This document shows, one piece after another, positions 7,260-16,704 of a stretch of DNA of 18,433 nucleotides. The position numbers were made by a program, and so were the translations under genes. Within the stretch, counting starts at the first letter, position 1. Every line of letters begins with the position of its first letter. The DNA is from Candidatus Thorarchaeota archaeon (GTDB lineage Archaea; Asgardarchaeota; Thorarchaeia; Thorarchaeales; Thorarchaeaceae): the NCBI GenBank assembly GCA_048882385.1, contig JBHLRQ010000063.1, positions 1 through 18,433 on the forward strand. Direction: 5' to 3'. Below the pieces are notes generated by a model. That model saw only the letters and a program-made list of their open reading frames with translations. It searched no databases and was not told the DNA's origin.

Positions 7260-8966
7260 ATGGCTAACCCAAGCAATCCATTGATAGTACAATCAGACAA
7301 GTCAGTTCTATTGGAAGTGGACAATCCACTTTATGAAGATGCTCGAGATTCACTTGCACGTTTCGCTGAACTCGTAAAGAGCCCTGAATATGTTCATACT
7401 TATCGTGTGACACCCCTGAGTCTCTGGAACGCCGCAGCAATGGGTATGTCACCTCAGGAGGTCATTGATGCACTTGAGGAGTATGCCAAGTATCCAATCC
7501 CAGGAAATATCTCCAGAGAGATTGTTGATTATATGTCCAGGTACGGACAACTCTCGCTATACAAGGATGGAATAGATCTTGTTCTCCTAGCTGAAGAGGA
7601 AGACCTTGCTGATGAGATATGGGAGAACAAGAAACTTAGAGAGTTCTTCATCGAACGGATTGATGAAGTCACGATTCGAGTTGACCCAGCGCAACGAGGT
7701 TTCCTCAAACATGCCCTCTTGGAGATTGGTCATCCTGTTGAAGACATTGCTGGATATGTAGAGGGCGAACATTTGCCATTTGAAATCAGAGATATCACTC
7801 TTGAAGGGAAGAAATGGGGACTGCGTAGTTATCAGGAAGATGCAGTCGCAATCTTTCATGCGGGAGGAGGAGTGAGAGGAGGATCAGGAGTTGTAGTCCT
7901 TCCATGTGGAGCTGGAAAAACAATGGTGGGCATTGGAGCGATGCACAGACTCCAAACCTCAACGATCATACTCTGTCCGAATGTTGTTGCAGTAAGACAA
8001 TGGATTGCTGAGCTGCTTGACAAGACCACTCTAAGACCGGAAGACATTGGTGAATACACTGGAGATAACAAAGAGATTCGACCGGTTACTGTCGCAACGT
8101 ACCAGATTCTTACCTGGCGTAAATCTCGAGAAGAGAAGTTTCCACACTTTCAAATCTTTGAAGCAAGGAATTGGGGACTCATAATTTATGATGAAGTTCA
8201 CTTGTTGCCAGCCCCTGTCTTTCGAGTCACAGCAACCATTCAGGCCACTCGGAGGCTTGGACTCACTGCGACATTGGTTCGAGAAGATGAGAAGGAGGAG
8301 GATGTCTTCAGTCTTATTGGACCAAAGAGGTTTGATATGCCATGGAAACAGCTAGAAGATCAGGGGTGGATTGCTACCGCAATCTGTTATGAGATCAGAC
8401 TCGAACTTCCTGATAATTTGAGAAGGCCATACGCATTGGCAGAGGACAGGAAAAAATACAGGATCGCTGCAGAAAATCCAATGAAAATAGATCTTATTCA
8501 AGAACTTATCAAACACCATGAGACAGACAATATCTTGGTAATTGGGATGTATCTAGATCAATTGAAATTGATAGCAGATCAGGTGGATGCTCCTCTGATT
8601 ACAGGTAAAACTCCAAATGATGAGAGACAGAGGTTGTATGAAGCATTCCGAGAAGGAGAAGAGAAGATACTCATAGTTTCGAAGGTTGCGAATTTTGCTC
8701 TTGATCTTCCTGATGCAAATGTAGCAATCCAAGTATCAGGAACTTTTGGTTCTCGTCAGGAGGAGGCTCAGCGTCTTGGTAGAATCCTACGACCCAAAAC
8801 AGATGGAAGTTTTGCCCGCTTCTACTCTCTAATCACAAAAGATACTCGTGACATGGACTTTGCAGCTAAACGTCAACTCTTCCTTACCGAACAGGGATAT
8901 CAGTATGTTATTGCTTCAGCAGATGAGAAGGTATGGGAAACACCTCCTGAGAGTTTCTTTAACTAA
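7260..8966 (+). CDS. xpb: XPB (Ssl2/ERCC3/Rad25) SF2 helicase/translocase with N-terminal Helicase_C_3-type domain
   Basis: N-terminal PLIVQSD..LLEV..FAELVKSPEYVHTYRVTPLSLWNA. Core motifs LRSYQ, GVVVLPCGAGKT, DEVH, LGLTATLVRED (RED motif) and GSRQEEAQRLGRILR. Confidence 0.95.
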   Translation: MANPSNPLIVQSDKSVLLEVDNPLYEDARDSLARFAELVKSPEYVHTYRVTPLSLWNAAAMGMSPQEVIDALEEYAKYPIPGNISREIVDYMSRYGQLSLYKDGIDLVLLAEEEDLADEIWENKKLREFFIERIDEVTIRVDPAQRGFLKHALLEIGHPVEDIAGYVEGEHLPFEIRDITLEGKKWGLRSYQEDAVAIFHAGGGVRGGSGVVVLPCGAGKTMVGIGAMHRLQTSTIILCPNVVAVRQWIAELLDKTTLRPEDIGEYTGDNKEIRPVTVATYQILTWRKSREEKFPHFQIFEARNWGLIIYDEVHLLPAPVFRVTATIQATRRLGLTATLVREDEKEEDVFSLIGPKRFDMPWKQLEDQGWIATAICYEIRLELPDNLRRPYALAEDRKKYRIAAENPMKIDLIQELIKHHETDNILVIGMYLDQLKLIADQVDAPLITGKTPNDERQRLYEAFREGEEKILIVSKVANFALDLPDANVAIQVSGTFGSRQEEAQRLGRILRPKTDGSFARFYSLITKDTRDMDFAAKRQLFLTEQGYQYVIASADEKVWETPPESFFN

Positions 8967-9915
8967 ACATCTCGTTCAAACGAATAATCTTAGCACGAGT
9001 ATAGTCCATTACAGCTGCACGACTTTCAATTGTGTTCAAGTTTGCCTCCACAAGACCAAAGTCCATGGATAGGAGTCTCTCAAGTGACCAGATGATTAAC
9101 CAACATAGAGCTATGGGCTGCAGCTCTTCAACTCGGTCCCTCTCATAACTGTCTAGCAGAAAAGAAGGAATGCTTACCAAATGATCAGGGGATTCAATGA
9201 GATGTGCTAAATCATAGTGACTCTCGCCGAGGGAACAAGATTCCAAGTCAATTAGTGATGCTTTTGAAGACTGGAATACAACGTTGGGTATCCAAAGGTC
9301 ACCATGCATCACGGTCATTGGCCAAGGACCCAGGATTTCAGCATATTCGAGAATAGCTTCAAGAGTCTTATTGAATGAGTCAATTAGAATACTCAGATCC
9401 TTGGAACAACATGTAAGACCAGGATGGCTTTCGACCTGCCAGTGATAGGTCAGGATGTAATCAAGTGGGGAAAAGTGACTGTGAAGACCGGGTGGTTTAT
9501 GCTGATGAAAAATCTTGAGGCATTCCTTGAATTGAATAGTTTCCTGATTCGAAAGGGCATCAATTGATTCGTAGATCACTCCATCAATATATTCTAACAA
9601 GATGAATGGAGTTTCTTTTTGATTCGACAGTTTCCCAATAGAGAGAGGAGATGTAGTGACACCTAATTTGCCATAGAATTTACTAACGTGAAAGAGATAA
9701 TCATAGTATGTTGGACTGGGCTCAATTGACCAAGGCATTTTAAGGATAAAAGAAAAATCTGAAGAGGTTCCTCTGATATTGATATTTGACCATCCTCCTA
9801 TAACTTCTCTCTCTAAAATCACTCTGTTATCGAAAAGCTCACAAGATTCAGAGAGTAACTTTTCGAGATCGGTGATTGAGAAACCATGAACTTTGGATAT
9901 ATAGCGCCTTGTCAT
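8959..9915 (-). CDS. Aminoglycoside-phosphotransferase / choline-kinase-like protein
   Basis: GGWSNIN, FILK, ILLEYIDG, HGDLWIPN and LIDLE..G..HYDLA. Start moved to ATG 9915 to avoid overlap with the divergent gene. The 3' end overlaps xpb by 8 nt. Confidence 0.8.
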   Translation of the reverse strand: MTRRYISKVHGFSITDLEKLLSESCELFDNRVILEREVIGGWSNINIRGTSSDFSFILKMPWSIEPSPTYYDYLFHVSKFYGKLGVTTSPLSIGKLSNQKETPFILLEYIDGVIYESIDALSNQETIQFKECLKIFHQHKPPGLHSHFSPLDYILTYHWQVESHPGLTCCSKDLSILIDSFNKTLEAILEYAEILGPWPMTVMHGDLWIPNVVFQSSKASLIDLESCSLGESHYDLAHLIESPDHLVSIPSFLLDSYERDRVEELQPIALCWLIIWSLERLLSMDFGLVEANLNTIESRAAVMDYTRAKIIRLNEMFS

Positions 9916-9972
9916 CTCTAGAATGTTCAATTCAGGATAACTTCTAAAAGGCTGTCGGGTGGCATCCTGTCT

Positions 9973-10248
9973 ATGAACGGGAGAGATGTTCTTCTTATTC
10001 TCACACACCTTTTCAGAAAAAAAGGAAATCCAATTCAAGTTGATGATGCAATTGAATTCATTTCATTCAGATGTCGATACGGACGACCAAGCCAGGTTAG
10101 ACGATTGCTCAATATGGCAATTGATAACGAAATGATTTCACGGGATGAGGATTCCATTAGAGCAGAGTTTCTCTTTGATCGTCAAGTCCTACCACCAAAC
10201 CTTGTAGAATCTCTGAAAAATAACTTGAGTGTAGGTAAAGACTTGTAA
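9973..10248 (+). CDS. DUF2240-like small archaeal winged-helix protein
   Basis: Pattern LFRKKG..FISF..PSQVRRLLNMA..EMISRDED.I..F..LPPNL matches the DUF2240 family as recalled. Confidence 0.65.
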   Translation: MNGRDVLLILTHLFRKKGNPIQVDDAIEFISFRCRYGRPSQVRRLLNMAIDNEMISRDEDSIRAEFLFDRQVLPPNLVESLKNNLSVGKDL

Positions 10249-10256
10249 TCAATATC

Positions 10257-11369
10257 TTAGGACTCTTCTGAAGCCATCTCTCTTATTGAAGCCAAAAGAG
10301 CAGTTAGATGGATAAACGAATTCTTACCTTGTAGAAGTCGATAGTCAATCTCAGAAACTCTATCAAGTAAGGAAATCATGGTTTCAGAATTGAAAGGTCG
10401 TTTTACAATATCACGCTGTATTTCAAGACACACTTCCTGAGGTGAATACCCTTCTATTGCTATCAATTTTCTGAGTTCTTTGCGGGCACCTTCATATTTT
10501 CCATCAATCGACATTGATACAATCTTACGGACTCTCGAGATGAGCTGCGTTTCAGAATACTCATAGATGACATCTTCTGTAACGGATTTACTAGCAGAAG
10601 CAGCAATCTGTAGAAGATTGATGGTACTACGAAGGTCGCCTCTGGATTCTCTGGCGATTGCAGCAACTGCAGAGTCATCAATTGTAACGTTTTCCTTCAA
10701 AGCGATATCTCGAACAAAATCCTGGGTGATTTCCTTATTGGAAGATGGGAATTTGAGAACAAGAGACCTAGAGATAATAGCAGGACTCCATCCTGCAAGA
10801 GTTGGAGTGATGAGAATGAATCTACAGGCGTCACTATAGAGTTCCATAGTTCTTCGCAATGCTTGTTGCATACTATGAGTTAGTGCATCTGCCTCATCCA
10901 GCACAAGTATCTTCACTTTATCATCAACAACCGTTCCAGTGGATGCAAAGAACCTGATAGCTTCCTGAAGTAACTGGCTCCTAGTGGGTGCTCCTGAACG
11001 CCCACGTATCTTTCGAGCTGCCTTTGCTTCACGATAAACGACGGACATATACTCATCCAATTCAGAGCGATCTTCACGTCCTAACTTTGCCAAATCTTGA
11101 ACCGATCTCTTCGCTTTTGAAACTGGCAAATCCCAAACATCACGGATGTTTAATAACTTGTAATTGGCGCCAAAACTATCCCCGAGAATCTCCTTTGAGA
11201 ACAACTCAGCCGCTGAAGTCTTTCCAGTTCCTGCTGGACCATAAAAAATCATATTAGTATACACACTGGACTCGGCTAAGGATTTCAACCGATTTATTGT
11301 ATTCTCCTTTCCAACAAAATCATTCCAATCTTTGGGCCTATATTTTACACTCCAAAGAGCTGGTTCCAA
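10257..11369 (-). CDS. rfcS: Replication factor C small subunit paralogue with a ~50-aa insertion
   Basis: WSVKYRP, GPAGTGKT, LDEAD, QQALRRTME, CRFIL, SRS (SRC motif variant), GDLR and a C-terminal collar domain. TTG start after GGTG. Confidence 0.9.
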   Translation of the reverse strand: MEPALWSVKYRPKDWNDFVGKENTINRLKSLAESSVYTNMIFYGPAGTGKTSAAELFSKEILGDSFGANYKLLNIRDVWDLPVSKAKRSVQDLAKLGREDRSELDEYMSVVYREAKAARKIRGRSGAPTRSQLLQEAIRFFASTGTVVDDKVKILVLDEADALTHSMQQALRRTMELYSDACRFILITPTLAGWSPAIISRSLVLKFPSSNKEITQDFVRDIALKENVTIDDSAVAAIARESRGDLRSTINLLQIAASASKSVTEDVIYEYSETQLISRVRKIVSMSIDGKYEGARKELRKLIAIEGYSPQEVCLEIQRDIVKRPFNSETMISLLDRVSEIDYRLLQGKNSFIHLTALLASIREMASEES

Positions 11370-11551
11370 ATTTACACACCTATCATCGAGTCATCTCAAG
11401 CTTTGATAAGCTTGTTTCTTTTCCAGAAAACCTATGTGTTTCAAATTCTAAACTTTCCCGAATATCAAATTTGACGAAACCAAAAGTTACTTAATTGCTC
11501 AAAAGCTGGGCGCTTGTTTGCAAATCTCAATTTCACGGGCTGGTAATGAGA

Positions 11552-13270
11552 ATGGCACGAGAAACGTTGGAAAAAGAACTTGAACACATCCTCAGAGAGG
11601 ATTTACTCATCGCATGTCAACGATGGGATATAGATGTCACAGGCAAGGATAGCGGAGCCTCTCTCATAAAAATGCTAGCTGAGAAGATGCGCGACCCAGA
11701 AGCTCAAGAGAAAGTCTTTGCTACTTTTACAACTCTGGAGCGTGACCTCCTTGGAATCCTTACTCTTAGTGGAGGTGCAATGAGTTATGACAGACTCAAA
11801 CCATTCCGGAAAATTTACAGCTATGGCCAACTAAACCAGACTGAGAGAGATCTTCGCAAGAAAGGTATCATCATTCGTCGGATGATGTCTAGACTCACTG
11901 AATTTGGTAGAGAAGTTGCTGAGTTCAAAGTTCTTGATTTCTTCATTCCTTACTTGAGGGAATTGTTTTCAGCTAAGCCAGAACCACAACCTGAGAAACC
12001 AAAGAAAGTCAAGAACATAGTCGACGAAAGGGATAGTCTTCTCATTGATATGCTGTTACTCATTTCCTATCTCGCGAAGAAGGAAGTCCATATGACAAGT
12101 TCATGGGAGTTTCCAAGACGAGAGAGTGATAATATCATGGAGTCTATGTCTAAACCACAGGATGAAAGGTTTGAATTGGTTCAGAAGTTAGCACGAAAGG
12201 TAGGCGCATACACAATTGGTGAAGATGACAGAGTTATTCCAGGAAAAGTAGATGCTCTATTTGCAGGACGCCATTATCATGTAGCTAGGAGATTGCTCCT
12301 ATCACAATTAGGGCGAACTCGTGCAATATGGGCTACACCTGATCAACCAACAGAGTATACACTCAATCTCGCAATTTGCAGACTCAGGGAGAGTACTACA
12401 GAAGAGTGGATTAGTATTGAAGAATTGCGGGATTGGATTCGCAGTGAATTGTTTATTGACAATCAGCAACTGAAGTGGATTCAGGTTGATGAGGATAGAG
12501 TGCAGCTTTCTCTTGAAACACCAATATTGTTGGGGATTGTTGAAGCTGCATATCGAGGTAAGAAGCTACTAGGGGTTAGACTCACTGAAATTGGAGAAAG
12601 CGTACTCAAAGGCAAACCTCGACCAAAATCAGAAAATGCTGAGAGTTTCTTTGTCTTGCCCAACTTCGAGCTGACTGTCTTTACAAGTGAGATGGAATTT
12701 CAGAACCTCTATAGACTCATGCTCATAACAGAACCTGTACGGACTGATGTTGTCAGCACATTCAAACTAAGTGACAAATCGGTATTTCAAGCAATTGAGA
12801 TTGGTCTCAGGGAGGATGATATTCTTGGATTTCTTGAAAAAGAGAGCAGCAAACCTGTACCAAAGAATGTTGTTAGATCAATAACAGACTGGACCTCACA
12901 AACAACCTTCACCACAATCGAAGATGTGATTCTCTTTGAAACTGAGAACGAAAAGGATTTGGAGAAACTAATGCTCATACCAGCATTTACAAAATCCATT
13001 GTCCGAAAAGTCGGTCCAACAGCAGTCATTGTTTCGGGGGACATGGAGAAATTCAGCGACTCACTTAGAAACCACAAATGTATGGTGCAGAGAAAAAGTC
13101 AAGCTGATGACGCATCTTCATCAGTAGGCAGTTCTGTTGCTGAGCAATTCTTAATTTATGGTGAAGAGCAGACCATCGAAGACATTCCAGATCTTTGTGC
13201 AAATTGTCCTGCTTTGCAATCATGTAACAAGATAATCAGAAGGAAGGGAAAGATCAAGAGGAGTGTATAG
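11552..13270 (+). CDS. XPB-associated protein with Helicase_C_3/clutch domain; C-terminal third resembles TFIIH p52/Tfb2
   Basis: FFVLPNFEL..FKLSDKSVFQAIEIGLREDDILGFLEKES.KPVPKNVVRSITDW parallels the XPB N-terminal domain. It also has a helical/winged-helix N-terminus and a terminal CANCPALQSC. Start is ATG 11552 or 11546 rather than TTG 11495. Confidence 0.8.
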   Translation: MARETLEKELEHILREDLLIACQRWDIDVTGKDSGASLIKMLAEKMRDPEAQEKVFATFTTLERDLLGILTLSGGAMSYDRLKPFRKIYSYGQLNQTERDLRKKGIIIRRMMSRLTEFGREVAEFKVLDFFIPYLRELFSAKPEPQPEKPKKVKNIVDERDSLLIDMLLLISYLAKKEVHMTSSWEFPRRESDNIMESMSKPQDERFELVQKLARKVGAYTIGEDDRVIPGKVDALFAGRHYHVARRLLLSQLGRTRAIWATPDQPTEYTLNLAICRLRESTTEEWISIEELRDWIRSELFIDNQQLKWIQVDEDRVQLSLETPILLGIVEAAYRGKKLLGVRLTEIGESVLKGKPRPKSENAESFFVLPNFELTVFTSEMEFQNLYRLMLITEPVRTDVVSTFKLSDKSVFQAIEIGLREDDILGFLEKESSKPVPKNVVRSITDWTSQTTFTTIEDVILFETENEKDLEKLMLIPAFTKSIVRKVGPTAVIVSGDMEKFSDSLRNHKCMVQRKSQADDASSSVGSSVAEQFLIYGEEQTIEDIPDLCANCPALQSCNKIIRRKGKIKRSV

Positions 13271-13305
13271 AACTGTCAGGATTGATTTCAGAAGAGCATG
13301 AGACC

Positions 13306-13312
13306 TTTTTTT
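13306..13312 (+). terminator. Oligo-T terminator
   Basis: T7 run 35 nt after the stop at 13270. Confidence 0.45.
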
Positions 13313-13502
13313 GGTGTTCGAATCTTGGATGAACCAAATCCCTCAGTTCCTACAGAGTATGGAAGAAACAAATTCCCCCATCTATGTGGACTAACTGGAG
13401 CAAGCCCCACTCTTTGTGAAGAAATCCACGAAAAGAACCACTGGTTTCAAGATATCCTCTTCCAGACATTGGATAAGCTCCAGTGATATTCGCATACTTA
13501 TC

Positions 13503-14360
13503 CTATGAGAATGGCCATGGGAACAGTCTAGGTGGAATGTGTGGCCAGGGAATGAATCCAGGTGAAATAATGTTCATCAGAGGGAATAATGGTGTGAATA
13601 TAACCGTCACGAGCAACAGCAGGGCGAAGGTAAGAGTGTGTATAGCTGTGACATAGGTGTAGTAAGGCCGTATGTATGAATAGAATGCAAAGGCGGGAAT
13701 TGATAATGCCACCATTGCCATTATCTCAACAGGATCAAAGAAGAATGGCATTGAGATGGGCCAAAGGAAGTAGAATATACCGGTAATCTTCTCACTCGAT
13801 GTTTCATGATGAGCTATCTTGTGAATGCCATCGACTCCTTGTGAAAGGAAGAATACAGGAATCAAGAGCCACCATTGCAATCCAACAAAGAACATAGGAC
13901 CTGCATAGAATAGAAGATCACCAACACTCTCGACTCTTTCCCAAAGTGGGTTACGACTGATGAACTCAGTCATCTCAGTCATATAATAGCCCAACATCTG
14001 AAAAGCTACAAGGATTGGTAGAAGGAAGAATGAGATTATGATCATAATTACTGCAGCCTTGGGCAGCTCAGAGATTTTCCCTTCATGGTAGTTATCTAAT
14101 GGATAGATTCCATGAAGCGTAAAAGCTGTCAAAAGGACAAGAACTCCACTCGGTAGAAAGTACAGTGGTTGGAATATATACATCCAGACGCTAAAATTCT
14201 CATAGACATTGCCAGATATCATGCTATAAGATGGATTGAGAATCGGAAGAAAATACCAGACACCGAACACGACAAGGAGCTCTGGAATCAACATCTTCAG
14301 TCGATAGTCTTGGACAAAATTCATAACAGGACCAGGTTCGTTAATTTGTTCTTCCATCAT
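13503..14360 (-). CDS. Polytopic membrane protein, unknown function
   Basis: About 6-7 hydrophobic segments and a Pro/aromatic tail (PGFIPWPHIPPRLFPWPFS). SD-like GAGG upstream. Confidence 0.75.
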   Translation of the reverse strand: MMEEQINEPGPVMNFVQDYRLKMLIPELLVVFGVWYFLPILNPSYSMISGNVYENFSVWMYIFQPLYFLPSGVLVLLTAFTLHGIYPLDNYHEGKISELPKAAVIMIIISFFLLPILVAFQMLGYYMTEMTEFISRNPLWERVESVGDLLFYAGPMFFVGLQWWLLIPVFFLSQGVDGIHKIAHHETSSEKITGIFYFLWPISMPFFFDPVEIMAMVALSIPAFAFYSYIRPYYTYVTAIHTLTFALLLLVTVIFTPLFPLMNIISPGFIPWPHIPPRLFPWPFS

Positions 14361-14374
14361 TGGAACCTCTAGTA

Positions 14375-14665
14375 CTAGTCGAATGTTGGTTTTCGCGCGG
14401 CAACGTCATCATCTTCCTCACGCAGTTTGTGTTGGAAGGGTCTACCTTGACCATAGATTTGTGGGTCCATTCCTTTTGTCTTACTCATGATGGTGAAGAA
14501 GCCTCCAATCTGTATAACAAGCGATACTAGGGAAACCACAAACACATCAGGAAAATACTCATGAGAAAAAAGTTGGAAAACCCATATTGTTGGATACAGA
14601 ATCAATTGAATGACGATTCCGAAAAGAAGCATCAAAACCCACTTGTTTGTCCAATTTGACGCCAT
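14375..14665 (-). CDS. Small 2-TM membrane protein
   Basis: Two hydrophobic helices and a charged tail. TATA-like CTTTAATT about 55 nt upstream. It ends 14 nt before the next gene. Confidence 0.7.
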   Translation of the reverse strand: MASNWTNKWVLMLLFGIVIQLILYPTIWVFQLFSHEYFPDVFVVSLVSLVIQIGGFFTIMSKTKGMDPQIYGQGRPFQHKLREEDDDVAARKPTFD

Positions 14666-14736
14666 TATTCTGCATTCCTGCTGTGATTAGTTAGCAGCTT
14701 CGCAGATTGGTCCTTAATTAAAGGTGTTGTTGACAA

Positions 14737-15702
14737 CTAATTTGGGTTATAGTTATCTTTCAGTTCATCCGCTAGAAGAATAGCAAGGCTCCTGAAATCT
14801 CTAACCGAGATATTGGGGACACTGCTTGTTCTTTGAGGAATATCAAATCGTGCAACGATGACTATGACATCATCGTCCATAGAGTATTCAAGAAGAGCTG
14901 GATATCTTGTAGCAATTCTGAAGGTTTCTTCTTTGGATGAAATTTTCCCGCCTTTGTAGATTGTCCCAACTAGATAGGGATATGCAAAGCCAGAGTGAGA
15001 GACCTGTACTTGCATCTGCACTGTTTCAGGAAGACCAGTAACATATGCTTTTACCTCAGCTTCTAGAATCGTTTGCACTCCTTCTCGAACTCCAAGCTCC
15101 ACATTTACACCTGCTCTCACACTTCTTACTCCTGAGAGGGCACGAGCAAATTCATACACATCACCTTTTACTGGGGCCTTGAAGAACTCCTGCGCATCGA
15201 TCTGTGGAATTCGAAAACCAAACACAAACCCAGCCACAGCAACGATGGAGTATAGGACAGCAATTAGAATGATCGAATCAATTATCGGATTAAAAAGAAC
15301 GATGTCAAGATCTGGCAATATCAACATGACAAATCCAAGGATTGCAACGAAAATGAGCGAGCATCCACAACCACAAAGGTCACCTGGATGGGAGTAAAGG
15401 TTTCCGTAAGACTCTTCGTATTTTTCTAACATATCTTCGTATTCAACAAAGTCAACCCAAGCTTTACGTTTTTCCCACTCACCAGGTATGTAATCTATGG
15501 CTCTCTTAGATCCAGCACCCATACCTAGGGATATGAAGAAGACTACTATTGGAAGGCCTACATACACAAGTATCTGAAAGAAGAAATCAGAATATAGAAA
15601 ATCCAACGTCACTGCAACTAAAGCAAAAACTACAGCCAAAACTGCAAATAACTTGTTGACTTTGCCTTGGCGACTGTAGTCTATGATATTTATCTCACTC
15701 AA
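14737..15702 (-). CDS. 4-TM membrane protein with C-terminal soluble domain (paralogue C)
   Basis: Architecture 2TM-loop-2TM-soluble domain. The TTG 15702 start (MSEINIIDY) was chosen by analogy with paralogue A (MNEKIITY) and because it removes the overlap with paralogue B. Confidence 0.75.
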   Translation of the reverse strand: MSEINIIDYSRQGKVNKLFAVLAVVFALVAVTLDFLYSDFFFQILVYVGLPIVVFFISLGMGAGSKRAIDYIPGEWEKRKAWVDFVEYEDMLEKYEESYGNLYSHPGDLCGCGCSLIFVAILGFVMLILPDLDIVLFNPIIDSIILIAVLYSIVAVAGFVFGFRIPQIDAQEFFKAPVKGDVYEFARALSGVRSVRAGVNVELGVREGVQTILEAEVKAYVTGLPETVQMQVQVSHSGFAYPYLVGTIYKGGKISSKEETFRIATRYPALLEYSMDDDVIVIVARFDIPQRTSSVPNISVRDFRSLAILLADELKDNYNPN

Positions 15703-15748
15703 TCCAATCCTTCCCGCACTTTCGGAATATCTTGATAAGAAATAAGGT

Positions 15749-16681
15749 CTACGATAGTGGGGCAAATCGTTTTAGATAATTCTCTACATCATCTATAACT
15801 TCAGCAAGAAGATCTTCTTCACCTCTTACCTCGATGTATCTGAGTAGCGTTTTCTTAACAATCTGGGCAATTAGATAAGGAAACACTTCACTTGGAGATT
15901 CATCAACCACCAGTAGTTCTTTTGACTCTTCGAGTTGGAGAAATGATGCGACTCGAGTCAATTCAGAAGATTCACTCAATTGGCATTCAATTCTAGCCAC
16001 ACTCTCAATATCTTCTATGCGAGCAATAGGTGTTTGATTTCGAACAATAAAATATCCCCCAGCTTCGCCTAATGATATTTTTACACCAGCCCAAGAAATC
16101 CCAGGAGCCTGCTCCATGATATTAACAAAATTACGAAGTAACTTCGGATGAGAGTATGAGAAGTGAGGTGTTGCATCATTTGGTATATACCTGAAAACAA
16201 GATTGGCAAAGACGATTCCAAAAAGTAGGACAAGAAATCCAAAAATTGTTGGAGTCGCTGCTATTAGATAGATTGTAGATCTCATTAAAATAAATGGAAT
16301 GAACAGTGCCACACTGAACAATATAACTGCAGTACAAATCATTGGGTAATTAATTATGGACAATAGATGTTGATAGGAAGCACGATACTGATTCATCATG
16401 TTCTCATATTCAGATAGTGTGATTTCTCGTTGTTGGAAGTCCCATTCAGGCTCAGTGTATGAAATGCTAGCTTTCATTCTCCAAGTGATACCTATGAGGA
16501 CAGGTAGCATACTAATGAAAAGGAAAGTTGCCCATGAGACCCACTCAACCGGAGTTTCATAGAGGTTCAAGAGGCGATACTGTGCAATCTCAAATCCCAT
16601 GAAACTCCATGCTAGAACTACAATGAATATGATAATTTGAGAAGGACGTTGTGTTGTTAGTTCTAGTGGAGCATCATTCAT
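15749..16681 (-). CDS. 4-TM membrane protein with C-terminal soluble domain (paralogue B)
   Basis: Same architecture and loop motif as its neighbours. Start is ATG 16681 or GTG 16690. Confidence 0.75.
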   Translation of the reverse strand: MNDAPLELTTQRPSQIIIFIVVLAWSFMGFEIAQYRLLNLYETPVEWVSWATFLFISMLPVLIGITWRMKASISYTEPEWDFQQREITLSEYENMMNQYRASYQHLLSIINYPMICTAVILFSVALFIPFILMRSTIYLIAATPTIFGFLVLLFGIVFANLVFRYIPNDATPHFSYSHPKLLRNFVNIMEQAPGISWAGVKISLGEAGGYFIVRNQTPIARIEDIESVARIECQLSESSELTRVASFLQLEESKELLVVDESPSEVFPYLIAQIVKKTLLRYIEVRGEEDLLAEVIDDVENYLKRFAPLS

Positions 16682-16704
16682 CTCAATCACTCACGAGAAG
16701 GGTC

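Noticed and set aside
8959-9915. Antibiotic-resistance gene, or a CAK-like kinase partner of XPB
   Set aside because: Only generic APH/choline-kinase motifs are present and the orientation is convergent, so nothing supports either specific role.
9916-10038. N-terminal extension of the APH-like ORF as given in the track
   Set aside because: It overlaps the divergent DUF2240-like gene, so ATG 9915 is more plausible.
10983-11138. Mini-intein in RFC
   Set aside because: Too short, with no N-terminal Cys/Ser block or C-terminal His-Asn.
13298-13486. 62-aa plus-strand ORF, and short minus-strand ORFs, between convergent genes
   Set aside because: No SD or recognisable motif, and it spans the T7 terminator-like run.
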